Below are positions 51,901-64,000 of a DNA stretch of 64,000 nt, one piece after another. Numbering within the stretch: the stretch's first letter is position 1; every line of letters starts with the position of its first letter. The DNA lies in assembly GCA_977016875.1 (NCBI GenBank), contig CDRNST010000090.1:682001-746000 (forward strand), written 5' to 3'. This DNA is from Pavona decussata. Lineage: Eukaryota. Below the pieces are notes generated by a model. That model was not told the DNA's origin, searched no databases, and worked only from the letters and a program-made list of their open reading frames with translations. A program made the position numbers and the translations under genes.

Positions 51901-53189
51901 AAGAAATAGGAAGTGATATTTAAGAATGGGAGACCGGAATTATTTAAATGTAGATAGTGTATCATATTCTTACAAGGATTCCTCGTTTTCCGCTTTACTA
52001 TAGGAAGATGGTACTGCAAGCAGTAGTGACGTCCTAGTCAAAAAGATGGAAAATATTACTATCGCATCAGACGACCCTAGTTTTTACATCTCTAAACCTA
52101 CGAGTAGTAGTGAGCTGTTAAGTGATAACAAAGCCAGCGTCAGCCTAGACCTCCGTCGCACAAGGCTTGACGAGTTCTTGGTGGCGAGTGGAAAGCCCTG
52201 TTTAACAGAGGCAAGAAAACCTTAGGCTGACCTATAAGATTCCCGCACCAGGCATGTATACGTCTGTAAAGCACGAGATGCGGTAGTAGCGGCACTGGAA
52301 GTAATTGCTCCTGATGACGCGGGTGGTCTGTAGGAAGCGTTGAAAAAGTCCGGTGAAGTTGAGAGTGCTTTGGGTATATTGTCTGAGGTTAATCCAGCTG
52401 ATGATAAATACTTGAAATCGCTGGCAGAGACATACCAAAACGCCGTGAGCTGGGACACCTGGCGACAAGTCCTTTCCATTATGGCAGACCTTGTGCCATA
52501 CAATCTCCTTCAGCGATATCTACCAGGCATAACGGAATATCGAGTCAAGACCGCACGACAACATACGGTAATATACGGCCGTGGATCAGCTGTTATCCTC
52601 TCCAAGAGTCCTCGGATGCGCGTGAACTATGCCCAACTTGACCACTTCCTGGACTTTATCACCAGTCCTCATGTAATAATAGATCTGCCGTTTGGGCAGA
52701 AGCTACTTTCTCTGGCAGACGGAAGTGTCCTAGAAACACCGAACCTCATAAGAAGCATGATCCCAGAGCGAATCGTGGCACAGTATAACCAGTATTGCGA
52801 AGAGGTCGGATTCAAGCCGATCAGTAGATCAACGATGGTGCGCATCTTGTCATCCTGTACTGCCACAGTCCGAAAGTCTCTCCAAGGGCTTGACTACATT
52901 GCGGCAGACGGTGGGAAAGCTTTTGATGACCTTATAGCCATTATGCCAAAACTGCGAAGTGACGACAGGACTTGGATAAGCCGCTGGCAGAACGTGCTGA
53001 AGGAATCAAAGCAATACATCAAGGCCGACTATAAGGTATTTTTGATGGCGATGTTACGTTTTAAGCGTATTTACTCACCGAAGTGTCACTCACCTTCCTA
53101 ACACTCACCACTTACTTTACTCACAAAATGTGCACGTAGGTTATCTATGATCTTGGGGAGGGGCTTGTGGAATAATACACTGATGTATT

Positions 53190-53238
53190 ACCTCCTTCCT
53201 TCCTTCCTTCCCTGCTTCCCTCCTTCCTTCCTTCCTTC
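53190..53238. repeat. (CCTT)n microsatellite
   Basis: Directly visible in the sequence. Confidence 0.9.
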
Positions 53239-53586
53239 GTTTGTTTAGCACCACATAAAACAGGAATACCCAAAGGAACTGCACTCAAGCAATTCAATTA
53301 TATTAGTGGTCCCGACCGAAAATGGCACTCTCCAAGATAATGGGTAGAAACTATTTAACAATCTAACAGAAATTTTTAGAAACTGTAAAGATTACAGAAC
53401 CTTTTTAAGACTCTCAAGGAATTTTTAAAGAAACAGAGTACAAAGCGATTAGTTAGTTTTACTGTAATTGGTTTCTGTTAATCCTGTTTCTACTGTATAA
53501 TATGAAATAACTTAATTTAATTTGATTTATTTTGTAATTGTAATTAATGTAATTTAACAAGGAAGAGCCACCCAGTGGATCTGTTA

Positions 53587-53592
53587 ATAAAC

Positions 53593-53630
<38 letters not shown>

Positions 53631-53635
53631 TATTA
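53587..53635 (+). repeat. AATAAA followed by (TTA)n; probable 3' tail of a short retroelement in intron 4
   Basis: aataaaccattattattatt..., the same structure as the LINE tail at 58890. Confidence 0.55.
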
Positions 53636-56295
53636 ATTTGACACTAATAGAAATATATCCCATTTCTGCAGGTGCATGTTTCAAATCATGCTACTATATC
53701 AGACCACTGCAGCACCTACGCATTAAGTGACCCAAAAGACGAACATCTCCGCAATGAATGTGACCACAGGCATAAAGATAGCTGCCCGCAATGTGAGAAC
53801 CTCAAATCTGCCTTTAAGGAAGTTTCAGATGCTGCAGTTGAAGCCACGCTGTCAGAAGATGAGCGTGATGACATCTTATATACTGTTCATCAGGCTATGC
53901 GTGCCATAGTATCATGGAAAGCGCACCAACTCAGGTCGCTTCAGCAAGACAAGGCACGTACAACGCTTCTAGACAGAGTTGACGAGACAACGGTGCTAAT
54001 AACCCAGGACTTGGCAATGAAGTGGTTGCCACAGAGATACCGGGAGACGCAGGCCGACTGGTTCGGAAAAAGAGGTATTTCATGGCATGTGAGCGTTGTG
54101 GTTCGGAGGCTTGTGAGTCAACTTGAGCAGCAGACCTTTGTCCACATCATTGAAGAGTGCAACCAGGATGCCAATGCTGTTGTTCAAGTCCTCCAACACA
54201 CGCTGAAGACACTGAAGGCTGACCATCCAGAAATATCAACTACCGCGCTGAGACAAGACAACGCTGGATGCTATCATAGTGTGATAGTTGTTGTCACCTT
54301 GTCGCCTAATGGGAGCGGCCACTGGGATCCGTGTCGAAAGGGTCGACTTCAGTGACCCACAGGGAGGTAAAGGCCCTTGTGATAGAAAAGCGGCTTCCAT
54401 TAAAGCCCACGTGAGACGCTACATAAACGAGGGCCACGATGTCCTAACAGCGCATGACCTCAAAGAGGCCATGCTGTCCCATGGGGGAATGAATGGTGTT
54501 CGTGTCACGTTAGTTACCGCTGCCGAAAATAAGCCAAAAGATGTATCAGCCCGCTGGGAAGGAATCAGTAGCGTAAATAATTTCCTTTACCAGGATGGCT
54601 GCGTCACCGTATGGAAGGCGTACGACATTGGACCAGGAAAGACAATTCCATGGTCTCAGTTACAAGGTAACACACTGACGACAAGTTTAAAAACACTATT
54701 GAAACATCTGTAAATTTATGTGTGAAATTGTTACTAGATTTAAAGATAATATAAATAACTGAGAAAAAAAATTATTTAATGTAGGGCAAATTATTTTTTG
54801 GATTAACCTTTTCCAGCAGTCTCATTGGAAAGTAACTCACAACTACAAAATAAAGAAAAAGAAAAGTTTAATTCCATTTTAGATAGTTAATTGATAAAAT
54901 ATACCATAATATTTTCTATATACTTTTCAGTACCGAACAGGTTAGCAGATGTCTGCAAGGCTGAGCTGTCCAAGGGCGACTTTGTGCCGTGCTCAGTGGG
55001 AAAGAGTGTGTCATCCACAAAACCTCAACACGTAGAGGCGGAGGAAATTGAGGAAGAAGAAGATACAAGTGCGTTGCTGTCATGTCCTGTGGATGGGTGT
55101 ATATGCACCTATCAGAGGTATTTCAACCTGGAGCGCCACTTACTCTTGGGAAAGTGTAAGCTTGTATCCGAGAAACACACCTTTTTAGATCAAGCTAAGT
55201 TATCACACGTCAAGAAAGTGCAAGAGGGCACCTCTGTGCAGCCAACACACCCTTCCACCATCTCAACTGTCATGTCTTCGGACGTACCCCTGGCACAAGG
55301 CTGGGATCTCAGAGATACAAAAAAGGTCACGCGCTTCAACGAAAATCAGCGCCAATACCTGGATGACAAGTTTCAGATTGGGCAGCAGAGTGGCCACAAA
55401 GCCGACCCTGAGAAGGTTTCACGGGACATGCGCTATGCGAGGAGCGACGACGGCAAGCGGCGCTTTAATGTCAGCGAGTTTCTAACTTCCCAGCAGATTC
55501 AGGGATACTTCTCGCGCGCTGCTGCAAAGCTCAAGCATGCAGTTTCAGGTCCACCATCAGCTAACGTCGACTCCACTGACGACCACGATTTCGAGGCTGC
55601 TCTAGAAGAAGAGGCCTACTCATCAGCCCGTACGTCAATCATAGAGCAATTTGAATTAGTACACCCAATTGTTTATGACACGCTGAATATTTGCACCTTG
55701 TACGCCACCAACAAGCTCAGCAAGCTCACTGTTGCACAGCTGCGGCTCATCTGTAGCCACTACAATATGGACGTAGAGGCACAGCTATCGAGGCGAAAAG
55801 CGCCATACATTAATTACATCTCAAATCTTGTTGGATCGTGTTCTTGCACGAAAGTATAACAAGATCTTGCAGTCTACTTAGTTAGCCGTTTCCAGAGAAA
55901 CCATCTCCCCTATTTATGTTCAAAGAGTTAGTCAAATGCACACGGCAAACGTCAAAGCCAAGTTAAATTCTTTGTTGCTAAAACAAAATGACGCTCAGAG
56001 TATCACTGTTTCTGTATGGTCCCAGCTAGTGATCGTTTGTTTTCTCAAAGTAGCGTTTTTGCGTCCTTCTTAGACAAAGTGAACTGTTAATTGATAACAT
56101 ATTGACTGAAACAAAGCCACATCTTTGAAAATCGAGATGACGAGGCAGTCCATAAAGTAGCATTTATCGATGTGCAGATGATAGATGTGGTCGTTAGACT
56201 GAAAATTGAAATACTTTATCAAAGGCAAATCAAAGGAAATACTGAAGTGTAAAAAAAAAAGTGATTACCTTAACCTACCCTTGAAGTAATTATAT

Positions 56296-56820
56296 AATAG
56301 GCCTTATCACGGTTTTCGACGCCATATTGACGAGTAGGCAAACAGGCTTGAAATAACAGTGTTTGTATGGAAATCCGATGTCAAATAATTCTCATAAAAC
56401 AGTCATCACTTCTGAAAAATTCATGAACTGGAAACTTTTGGCACTAGGAAAAGGAGTTTAAGAAAAAAATTGGAGGGATGTAGCTGTGCCAGAGAGCGTT
56501 CAGTCGTGTTTGGAACTTTCCATACATTTGTCTGTAAAGCGAAACAGCCGTGACCGCTACTAAAAATAGTTCACAAGAAAAAATACAGGGAAATGTATGG
56601 AAAGTTCAAAACACGACTGGACGCTTTCTGGCACAGCTACATCCCTCCAATTTTTTTCCTAAATCCCTTTTCCTAGTGCCAAAAGTTTCCAATTAATGAA
56701 TTTTTCAGAAGCGATGTTTTATGAAAATTATTTGACATCGGATTTCCACACGAACACTATTATTTCAAGCCTGTTTGCCTACTCGTCAAAATGGCGTCGA
56801 AAACCGTGATAAGGCCTATT
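56296..56820. mobile_element. Palindromic MITE (~525 bp), probably ISL2EU/PIF-Harbinger-related
   Basis: ~233-bp near-perfect arms; AT|AGGCC...GGCCT|AT ends. Confidence 0.85.
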
Positions 56821-57892
56821 GATTGTAGCTTTGGGCTCTAGCTGGACTAAACATCGATATCCCGCTCGTGGACAAGGGCGCACATAAGTGCAAGGTCAGC
56901 GGTCTACCAGTGAAATGTATGTAACGCAATCTTTGTTACCAAATGTCTAAAACGGCCCAAAGTGTTGCGTTGTTTTCGATTGATGTCTTGAATTTCTTTA
57001 AAATCCAGTGTGGCCACTCAGAGGTATGAATACATAGCATTCTTAGCTATTATGAATTTGTTCCAAAGTAAGATTGAATGAAAAAAGTTCGGGTGTGATT
57101 TTACTTAACGTTTATGAGTGTTTCGACGTTGACAGCGTAAACGAACCGTTGTTTACGCCTTTCATATCTGCTTAAATCTTTTGCTACTTCCCCCCAAAAG
57201 AAAAAGAAAACCAATGAAAATAGTCTCGTAAGCATGGATCATGTACACACAGTGCCCCATAGCAAGGATCAATAAACCACTCGTTGTCTAAAACGTTTTC
57301 ATGTTGTGTTTATTTGAATTTTAGTCGGAATACCGTGACGGGAAAGATCAAATTTCTCTTGAGATTCGCAGCCTGACAAAAATTTTCTTTTGAGTTGCCC
57401 ATGGTTGTGAAAACGGATTTTATAAGAAGAAATGATGCTCTTTTACGTGGTTTAAGTCTTTGTACTGAGTGCCATGTACCAGTCGATGATTTTAGCCTCG
57501 CAAATTTGTCAATTTTACGCCACGAGAAATCGGCCAAAAAATTATAAACATTTAAAAATCTCCTAAAAATTGAATTTTTTCTTCAGATGTGAAAGATACC
57601 ATTCAAACTGCCTATAATTATGTACTTTATCAGACTGGATGTTTTTTGTTTGGAACAAAACTTATTGGATTTTTAAAACAAGGCCTTTGCATCGTGTGGT
57701 GTCAGACACCAAAAACCCGGTTCAGGAGCTGAGAAACTAAGATCATCGCCTCCCAAGTTAAATAATTATCGGATCAAGGTTAAACATGTTTTCCTACCAA
57801 TAGTTTCCCAAGGGCTATCTTGTGAATTTTTTTGAGAATTTTCAATTTTTTGCTATTGCACACGTGCGGTTGATATTTACAGACATCCGCTC

Positions 57893-58926
57893 TTAACAAA
57901 CTGTCTATCAATAGGGATAAAACAAACTTCATGATAATCAAATCCACAAAAAAAAAGGATATCCCAATAAATCTTAACATAATAAATACCGACGGCTCCT
58001 CTTATTCGTTAGAACGAAAGCAATGTATAAAATACCTAGGTGATATGATTGACGAGTCTTTAAGCTGGAAACACCACATTTCTTTTGTCTGTTCTCCCAT
58101 GTCTCGAACCACCGGAATAATATCGAAATTAAGGTATTACCTCTTTTGTAGTCATATTAGCTTGGGGAAGTGTATACAAAACACATATAAGAAAAATTCA
58201 AGTAAAACAAAATCATATTGTAAGATTAATATTTTTTGCCAAATCATTTGGCAGCGAAACAGAGAAAGCCAAACCTTTGCTAAATCTACTAGGCCTTCTG
58301 ACAGTTAATAATATTTATCGCCTACAAGTGTTGAAATTCTTGCATTCATGGCATAAAGGCCTCCTGCCTGAAGTGTTCGACAACATGTTTCAATATGCTA
58401 GTAATATACATGGCTACAACACAAGATATGCAGCTAAGTATAATCTTTATAAGCCGAACGTAAGAACTAATGTAGGTAAACAATTGATCTCCTTCATGGC
58501 AACCGATATTTGGAAAGACCTTCCACCTCCTTTAAAAAAACTCATACAAAGTGTCTGCTTTTCCGAAACAAATTATACATTATTTACTGTCAGAACAACA
58601 AATGAACTAATTTTCTTTTATGCTGACCTCGTAACATACGTTAACTTTTTTTACAATTAATAAGTTCTTCCTTCCTTTTGCTTTTTTTCTTTTTTTCTTT
58701 TTCTTTCTTTTCTTTTCTTTCTTTTTTGCCTGCTATCTAGAACCTAAATTAGCCAGGGAGCTAACAAGACAACCTAATGGTTTATTTAGCTTCCTTACTT
58801 TACACATTAATTTAACTAATAATTAATTTAATTTATATAACACCACTAAAAAATTGTAATAATCAACATGTAAATAGAAAAAAAGCACAAATAAACATTA
58901 TTATTATTATTAACTATTATTATTAT
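57893..58926 (+). mobile_element. LINE RT C-terminus, 3' UTR and (TTA)n tail, right part
   Basis: NKLSINRDKTNFMII, IKYLG, LSWKHHI and HGYNTR motifs; AATAAA at 58890 followed by (TTA)n. Confidence 0.9.
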
Positions 58927-59043
58927 AGACAAGCAGTAAACTGCCAGAGTGAAAACAGATAATCTGCTGGCCATGCAAAATGAACATTTTGAATGTAACT
59001 TAACTGTAGGGTGATATCAGTGGTCTCCAGAAATCTTAACATA

Positions 59044-59132
59044 AGTACGTAAATTATGATCATCCGGGTGAGTGTAGTCCTGAGAAGGACTGTTTGTGGT
59101 GACTTTGACTGACGTTTCGACAACCTGAGCGG
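59044..59132 (-). mobile_element. Penelope-like 3' fragment retaining the 3' half of a hammerhead
   Basis: Minus strand reads CCGCTCAGGTTGTCGAAACGTCAGTC...; it interrupts the foldback-arm repeat; the CUGANGA half is absent. Confidence 0.55.
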
Positions 59133-59416
59133 TCCATGGTCTCAGTTACAAGGTAACACACTGACGACAAGTTTAAAAACACTATTGAAACATCTGTAAA
59201 TTTATGTGTGAAATTGTTACTAGATTTAAAGATAATATAAATAACTGAGAAAAAAAATTATTTAATGTAGGGCAAATTATTTTTTGGATTAACCTTTTCC
59301 AGCAGTCTCATTGGAAAGTAACTCACAACTACAAAATAAAGAAAAAGAAAAGTTTAATTCCATTTTAGATAGTTAATTGATAAAATATACCATAATATTT
59401 TCTATATACTTTTCAG

Positions 59417-60345
59417 TACCGAACAGGTTAGCAGATGTCTGCAAGGCCGAGCTGTCCAAGGGCGACTTTGTGCCGTGCTCAGTGGGAAAGAGTGTGTCAT
59501 CCACAAAACCTCAACACGTAGAGGCGGAGGAAATTGAGGAAGAAGAAGATACAAGTGCGTTGCTGTCATGTCCTGTGGATGGGTGTATATGCACCTATCA
59601 GAGGTATTTCAACCTGGAGCACCACTTACTCTTGGGAAAGTGTAAGCTTGTATCCGAGAAACACACCTTTTTAGATCAAGCTAAGTTATCACACGTCAAG
59701 AAAGTGCAAGAGGGCACCTCTGTGCAGCCAACACACCCTTCCACCATCTCAACTGTCATGTCTTCGGACGTACCCCTGGCACAAGGCTGGGATCTCAGAG
59801 ATACAAAAAAGGTCACGCGCTTCAACGAAAATCAGCGCCAATACCTGGATGACAAGTTTCAGATTGGGCAGCAGAGTGGCCACAAAGCCGACCCTGAGAA
59901 GGTTTCACGGGACATGCGCTATGCGAGGAGCGACGACGGCAAGCGGCGCTTTAATGTCAGCGAGTTTCTAACTTCCCAGCAGATTCAGGGATACTTCTCG
60001 CGCGCTGCTGCAAAGCTCAAGCATGCAGTTTCAGGTCCACCATCAGCTAACGTCGACTCCACTGACGACCACGATTTCGAGGCTGCTCTAGAAGAAGAGG
60101 CCTACTCATCAGCCCGTACGTCAATCATAGAGCAATTTGAATTAGTACACCCAATTGTTTATGACACGCTGAATATTTGCACCTTGTACGCCACCAACAA
60201 GCTCAGCAAGCTCACTGTCGCACAGCTGCGGCTCATCTGTAGCCACTACAATATGGACGTAGAGGCACAGCTATCGAGGCGAAAAGCGCCATACATTAAT
60301 TACATCTCAAATCTTGTTGGATCGTGTTCTTGCACGAAAGTATAA
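59417..60345 (+). pseudogene. Duplicated last exon of the Sola3 transposase
   Basis: Copy of 54931-55859 with one amino-acid change (R>H). Confidence 0.85.
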
Positions 60346-60781
60346 CAAGATCTTGCAGTCTACTTAGTTAGCCGTTTCCAGAGAAACCATCTCCCCTATT
60401 TATGTTCAAAGAGCTAGTCAAATGCACACGGCAAACGTCAAAGCCAAGTTAAATTCTTTGTTGCTAAAACAAAATGACGCTCAGAGTATCACTGTTTCTG
60501 TATGGTCCCAGCTAGTGATCGTTTGTTTTCTCAAAGTAGCGTTTTTGCGTCCTTCTTAGACAAAGTGAACTGTTAATTGATAACATATTGACTGAAACAA
60601 AGCCACATCTTTGAAAATCGAGATGACGAGGCAGTCCATAAAGTAGCATTTATCGATGTGCAGATGATAGATGTGGTCGTTAGACTGAAAATTGAAATAC
60701 TTTATCAAAGGCAAATCAAAGGAAATACTGAAGTGTAAAAAAAAAAGTGATTACCTTAACCTACCCTTGAAGTAATTATAT

Positions 60782-61306
60782 AATAGGCCTTATCACGGTT
60801 TTCGACGCCATATTGACGAGTAGGCAAACAGGCTTGAAATAACAGTGTTTGTATGGAAATCCGATGTCAAATAATTCTCATAAAACAGTCATCACTTCTG
60901 AAAAATTCATGAACTGGAAACTTTTGGCACTAGGAAAAGGAGTTTAAGAAAAAAATTGGAGGGATGTAGCTGTGCCAGAGAGCGTTCAGTCGTGTTTGGA
61001 ACTTTCCATACATTTGTCTGTAAAGCGAAACAGCCGTGACCGCTACTAAAAATAGTTCACAGGAAAAAATACAGGGAAATGTATGGAAAGTTCAAAACAC
61101 GACTGGACGCTTTCTGGCACAGCTACATCCCTCCAATTTTTTTCCTAAATCCCTTTTCCTAGTGCCAAAAGTTTCCAATTCACGAATTTTTCAGAAGCGA
61201 TGTTTTATGAAAATTATTTGACATCGGATTTCCACACGAACACTATTATTTCAAGCCTGTTTGCCTACTCGTCAAAATGGCGTCGAAAACCGTGATAAGG
61301 CCTATT
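60782..61306. mobile_element. Palindromic MITE, duplicated copy
   Basis: Copy of 56296-56820 at +4486. Confidence 0.85.
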
Positions 61307-62378
61307 GATTGTAGCTTTGGGCTCTAGCTGGACTAAACATCGATATCCCGCTCGTGGACAAGGGCGCACATAAGTGCAAGGTCAGCGGTCTACCAGTGAA
61401 ATGTATGTAACGCAATCTTTGTTACCAAATGTCTAAAACGGCCCAAAGTGTTGCGTTGTTTTCGATTGATGTCTTGAATTTCTTTAAAATCCAGTGTGGC
61501 CACTCAGAGGTATGAATACATAGCATTCTTAGCTATTATGAATTTGTTCCAAAGTAAGATTGAATGAAAAAAGTTCGGGTGTGATTTTACTTAACGTTTA
61601 TGAGTGTTTCGACGTTGACAGCGTAAACGAACCGTTGTTTACGCCTTTCATATCTGCTTAAATCTTTTGCTACTTCCCCCCAAAAGAAAAAGAAAACCAA
61701 TGAAAATAGTCTCGTAAGCATGGATCATGTACACACAGTGCCCCATAGCAAGGATCAATAAACCACTCGTTGTCTAAAACGTTTTCATGTTGTGTTTATT
61801 TGAATTTTAGTCGGAATACCGTGACGGGAAAGATCAAATTTCTCTTGAGATTCGCAGCCTGACAAAAATTTTCTTTTGAGTTGCCCATGGTTGTGAAAAC
61901 GGATTTTATAAGAAGAAATGATGCTCTTTTACGTGGTTTAAGTCTTTGTACTGAGTGCCATGTACCAGTCGATGATTTTAGCCTCGCAAATTTGTCAATT
62001 TTACGCCACGAGAAATCGGCCAAAAAATTATAAACATTTAAAAATCTCCTAAAAATTGAATTTTTTCTTCAGATGTGAAAGATACCATTCAAACTGCCTA
62101 TAATTATGTACTTTATCAGACTGGATGTTTTTTGTTTGGAACAAAACTTATTGGATTTTTAAAACAAGGCCTTTGCATCGTGTGGTGTCAGACACCAAAA
62201 ACCCGGTTCAGGAGCTGAGAAACTAAGATCATCGCCTCCCAAGTTAAATAATTATCGGATCAAGGTTAAACATGTTTTCCTACCAATAGTTTCCCAAGGG
62301 CTATCTTGTGAATTTTTTTGAGAATTTTCAATTTTTTGCTATTGCACACGTGCGGTTGATATTTACAGACATCCGCTC

Positions 62379-63412
62379 TTAACAAACTGTCTATCAATAG
62401 GGATAAAACAAACTTCATGATAATCAAATCCACAAAAAAAAAGGATATCCCAATAAATCTTAACATAATAAATACCGACGGCTCCTCTTATTCGTTAGAA
62501 CGAAAGCAATGTATAAAATACCTAGGTGATATGATTGACGAGTCTTTAAGCTGGAAACACCACATTTCTTTTGTCTGTTCTCCCATGTCTCGAACCACCG
62601 GAATAATATCGAAATTAAGGTATTACCTCTTTTGTAGTCATATTAGCTTGGGGAAGTGTATACAAAACACATATAAGAAAAATTCAAGTAAAACAAAATC
62701 ATATTGTAAGATTAATATTTTTTGCCAAATCATTTGGCAGCGAAACAGAGAAAGCCAAACCTTTGCTAAATCTACTAGGCCTTCTGACAGTTAATAATAT
62801 TTATCGCCTACAAGTGTTGAAATTCTTGCATTCATGGCATAAAGGCCTCCTGCCTGAAGTGTTCGACAACATGTTTCAATATGCTAGTAATATACATGGC
62901 TACAACACAAGATATGCAGCTAAGTATAATCTTTATAAGCCGAACGTAAGAACTAATGTAGGTAAACAATTGATCTCCTTCATGGCAACCGATATTTGGA
63001 AAGACCTTCCACCTCCTTTAAAAAAACTCATACAAAGTGTCTGCTTTTCCGAAACAAATTATACATTATTTACTGTCAGAACAACAAATGAACTAATTTT
63101 CTTTTATGCTGACCTCGTAACATACGTTAACTTTTTTTACAATTAATAAGTTCTTCCTTCCTTTTGCTTTTTTTCTTTTTTTCTTTTTCTTTCTTTTCTT
63201 TTCTTTCTTTTTTGCCTGCTATCTAGAACCTAAATTAGCCAGGGAGCTAACAAGACAACCTAATGGTTTATTTAGCTTCCTTACTTTACACATTAATTTA
63301 ACTAATAATTAATTTAATTTATATAACACCACTAAAAAATTGTAATAATCAACATGTAAATAGAAAAAAAGCACAAATAAACATTATTATTATTATTAAC
63401 TATTATTATTAT
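62379..63412 (+). mobile_element. Duplicated LINE 3' part
   Basis: Copy of 57893-58926 at +4486. Confidence 0.85.
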
Positions 63413-64000
63413 AGACAAGCAGTAAACTGCCAGAGTGAAAACAGATAATCTGCTGGCCATGCAAAATGAACATTTTGAATGTAACTTAACTGTAGGGTGA
63501 TATCAGTGGTCTCCAGAAATCTTAACATAAGTACGTAAATTATGATCATCCGGGTGAGTGTAGTCCTGAGAAGGACTGTTTGTGGTGACTTTGACTGACG
63601 TTTCGACAACCTGAGCGGTCCATGGTCTCAGTTACAAGGTAACACACTGACGACAAGTTTAAAAACACTATTGAAACATCTGTAAATTTATGTGTGAAAT
63701 TGTTACTAGATTTAAAGATAATATAAATAACTGAGAAAAAAAATTATTTAATGTAGGGCAAATTATTTTTTGGATTAACCTTTTCCAGCAGTCTCATTGG
63801 AAAGTAACTCACAACTACAAAATAAAGAAAAAGAAAAGTTTAATTCCATTTTAGATAGTTAATTGATAAAATATACCATAATATTTTCTATATACTTTTC
63901 AGTACCGAACAGGTTAGCAGATGTCTGCAAGGCCGAGCTGTCCAAGGGCGACTTTGTGCCGTGCTCAGTGGGAAAGAGTGTGTCATCCACAAAACCTCAA

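Larger units (their letters stand above)
50171..55859 (+). pseudogene. Sola3 transposase, six predicted exons (50171-50360, 50786-51004, 51547-51707, 52004-53035, 53672-54666, 54931-55859)
   Basis: Canonical GT-AG junctions with compatible phases; two in-frame TAG stops in exon 4 and a frameshift near 54290. Confidence 0.8.
48958..57892 (+). mobile_element. Full-length Sola3 DNA transposon, 8935 bp
   Basis: TTAA TSD at 48954-48957 and 57893-57896; GAGCGGATGTCTG...CAGACATCCGCTC termini; imperfect TIR extending to ~1 kb; DxAMKWLP, WFGKRGISWH, QDNAGCYH and GGKGPCDRKAA motifs. Confidence 0.9.
54647..64000. repeat. Tandem duplication, 4486-bp unit (54647-59132, 59133-63618, 63619 to window end)
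   Basis: ORFs 54891/59377 and 57931/62417 are offset by 4486 bp; the junction cctgagcgg|tccatggtctc occurs twice. Confidence 0.97.

Noticed and set aside
54891-54930. N-termini of the 322-aa ORFs as real start sites
   Set aside because: This is intron sequence upstream of the ttttcag acceptor; the ORF is the last transposase exon, not a separate gene.

Overview
AT-rich eukaryotic DNA, most likely from a marine invertebrate such as a coral or other cnidarian. That assignment is an inference from GT-AG introns and the repeat families present. No intact host gene is evident; the window is nested, decayed transposons plus two tandem amplifications. (1) 1-10.4 kb: a LINE 3' end, a MULE-like DDE fragment, an ISL2EU-type SAP/SWIM/YqaJ gene, an RPA-like OB-fold fragment and short duplications. 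(2) 10459-39359: a 28.9-kb head-to-tail array (units of 4260, 4442, 7378, 7378 bp and a partial fifth) inside the APE endonuclease of an L2-like LINE. The units are a mosaic of minus-strand pseudo-exons, including many copies of a 92-nt RRM exon resembling BOULE/DAZL exon 3. Units 3-5 carry a 1.7-kb orphan cassette with hairpins, CCAAT/TATA boxes and an open 206-aa ORF. Unit 2 carries a 183-bp solo LTR. (3) 39.7-47 kb: a Sola2-like fragment, a Crypton, a P2X7-ballast-like ORF and a Penelope-type insert with a degenerate hammerhead. (4) 47.6-64 kb: a foldback repeat containing a LINE, which contains a complete 8.9-kb six-exon Sola3 element, which contains a MITE. A 4486-bp tandem duplication follows, with a Penelope fragment at its junction. 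Family names come from motif recognition, not database searches.
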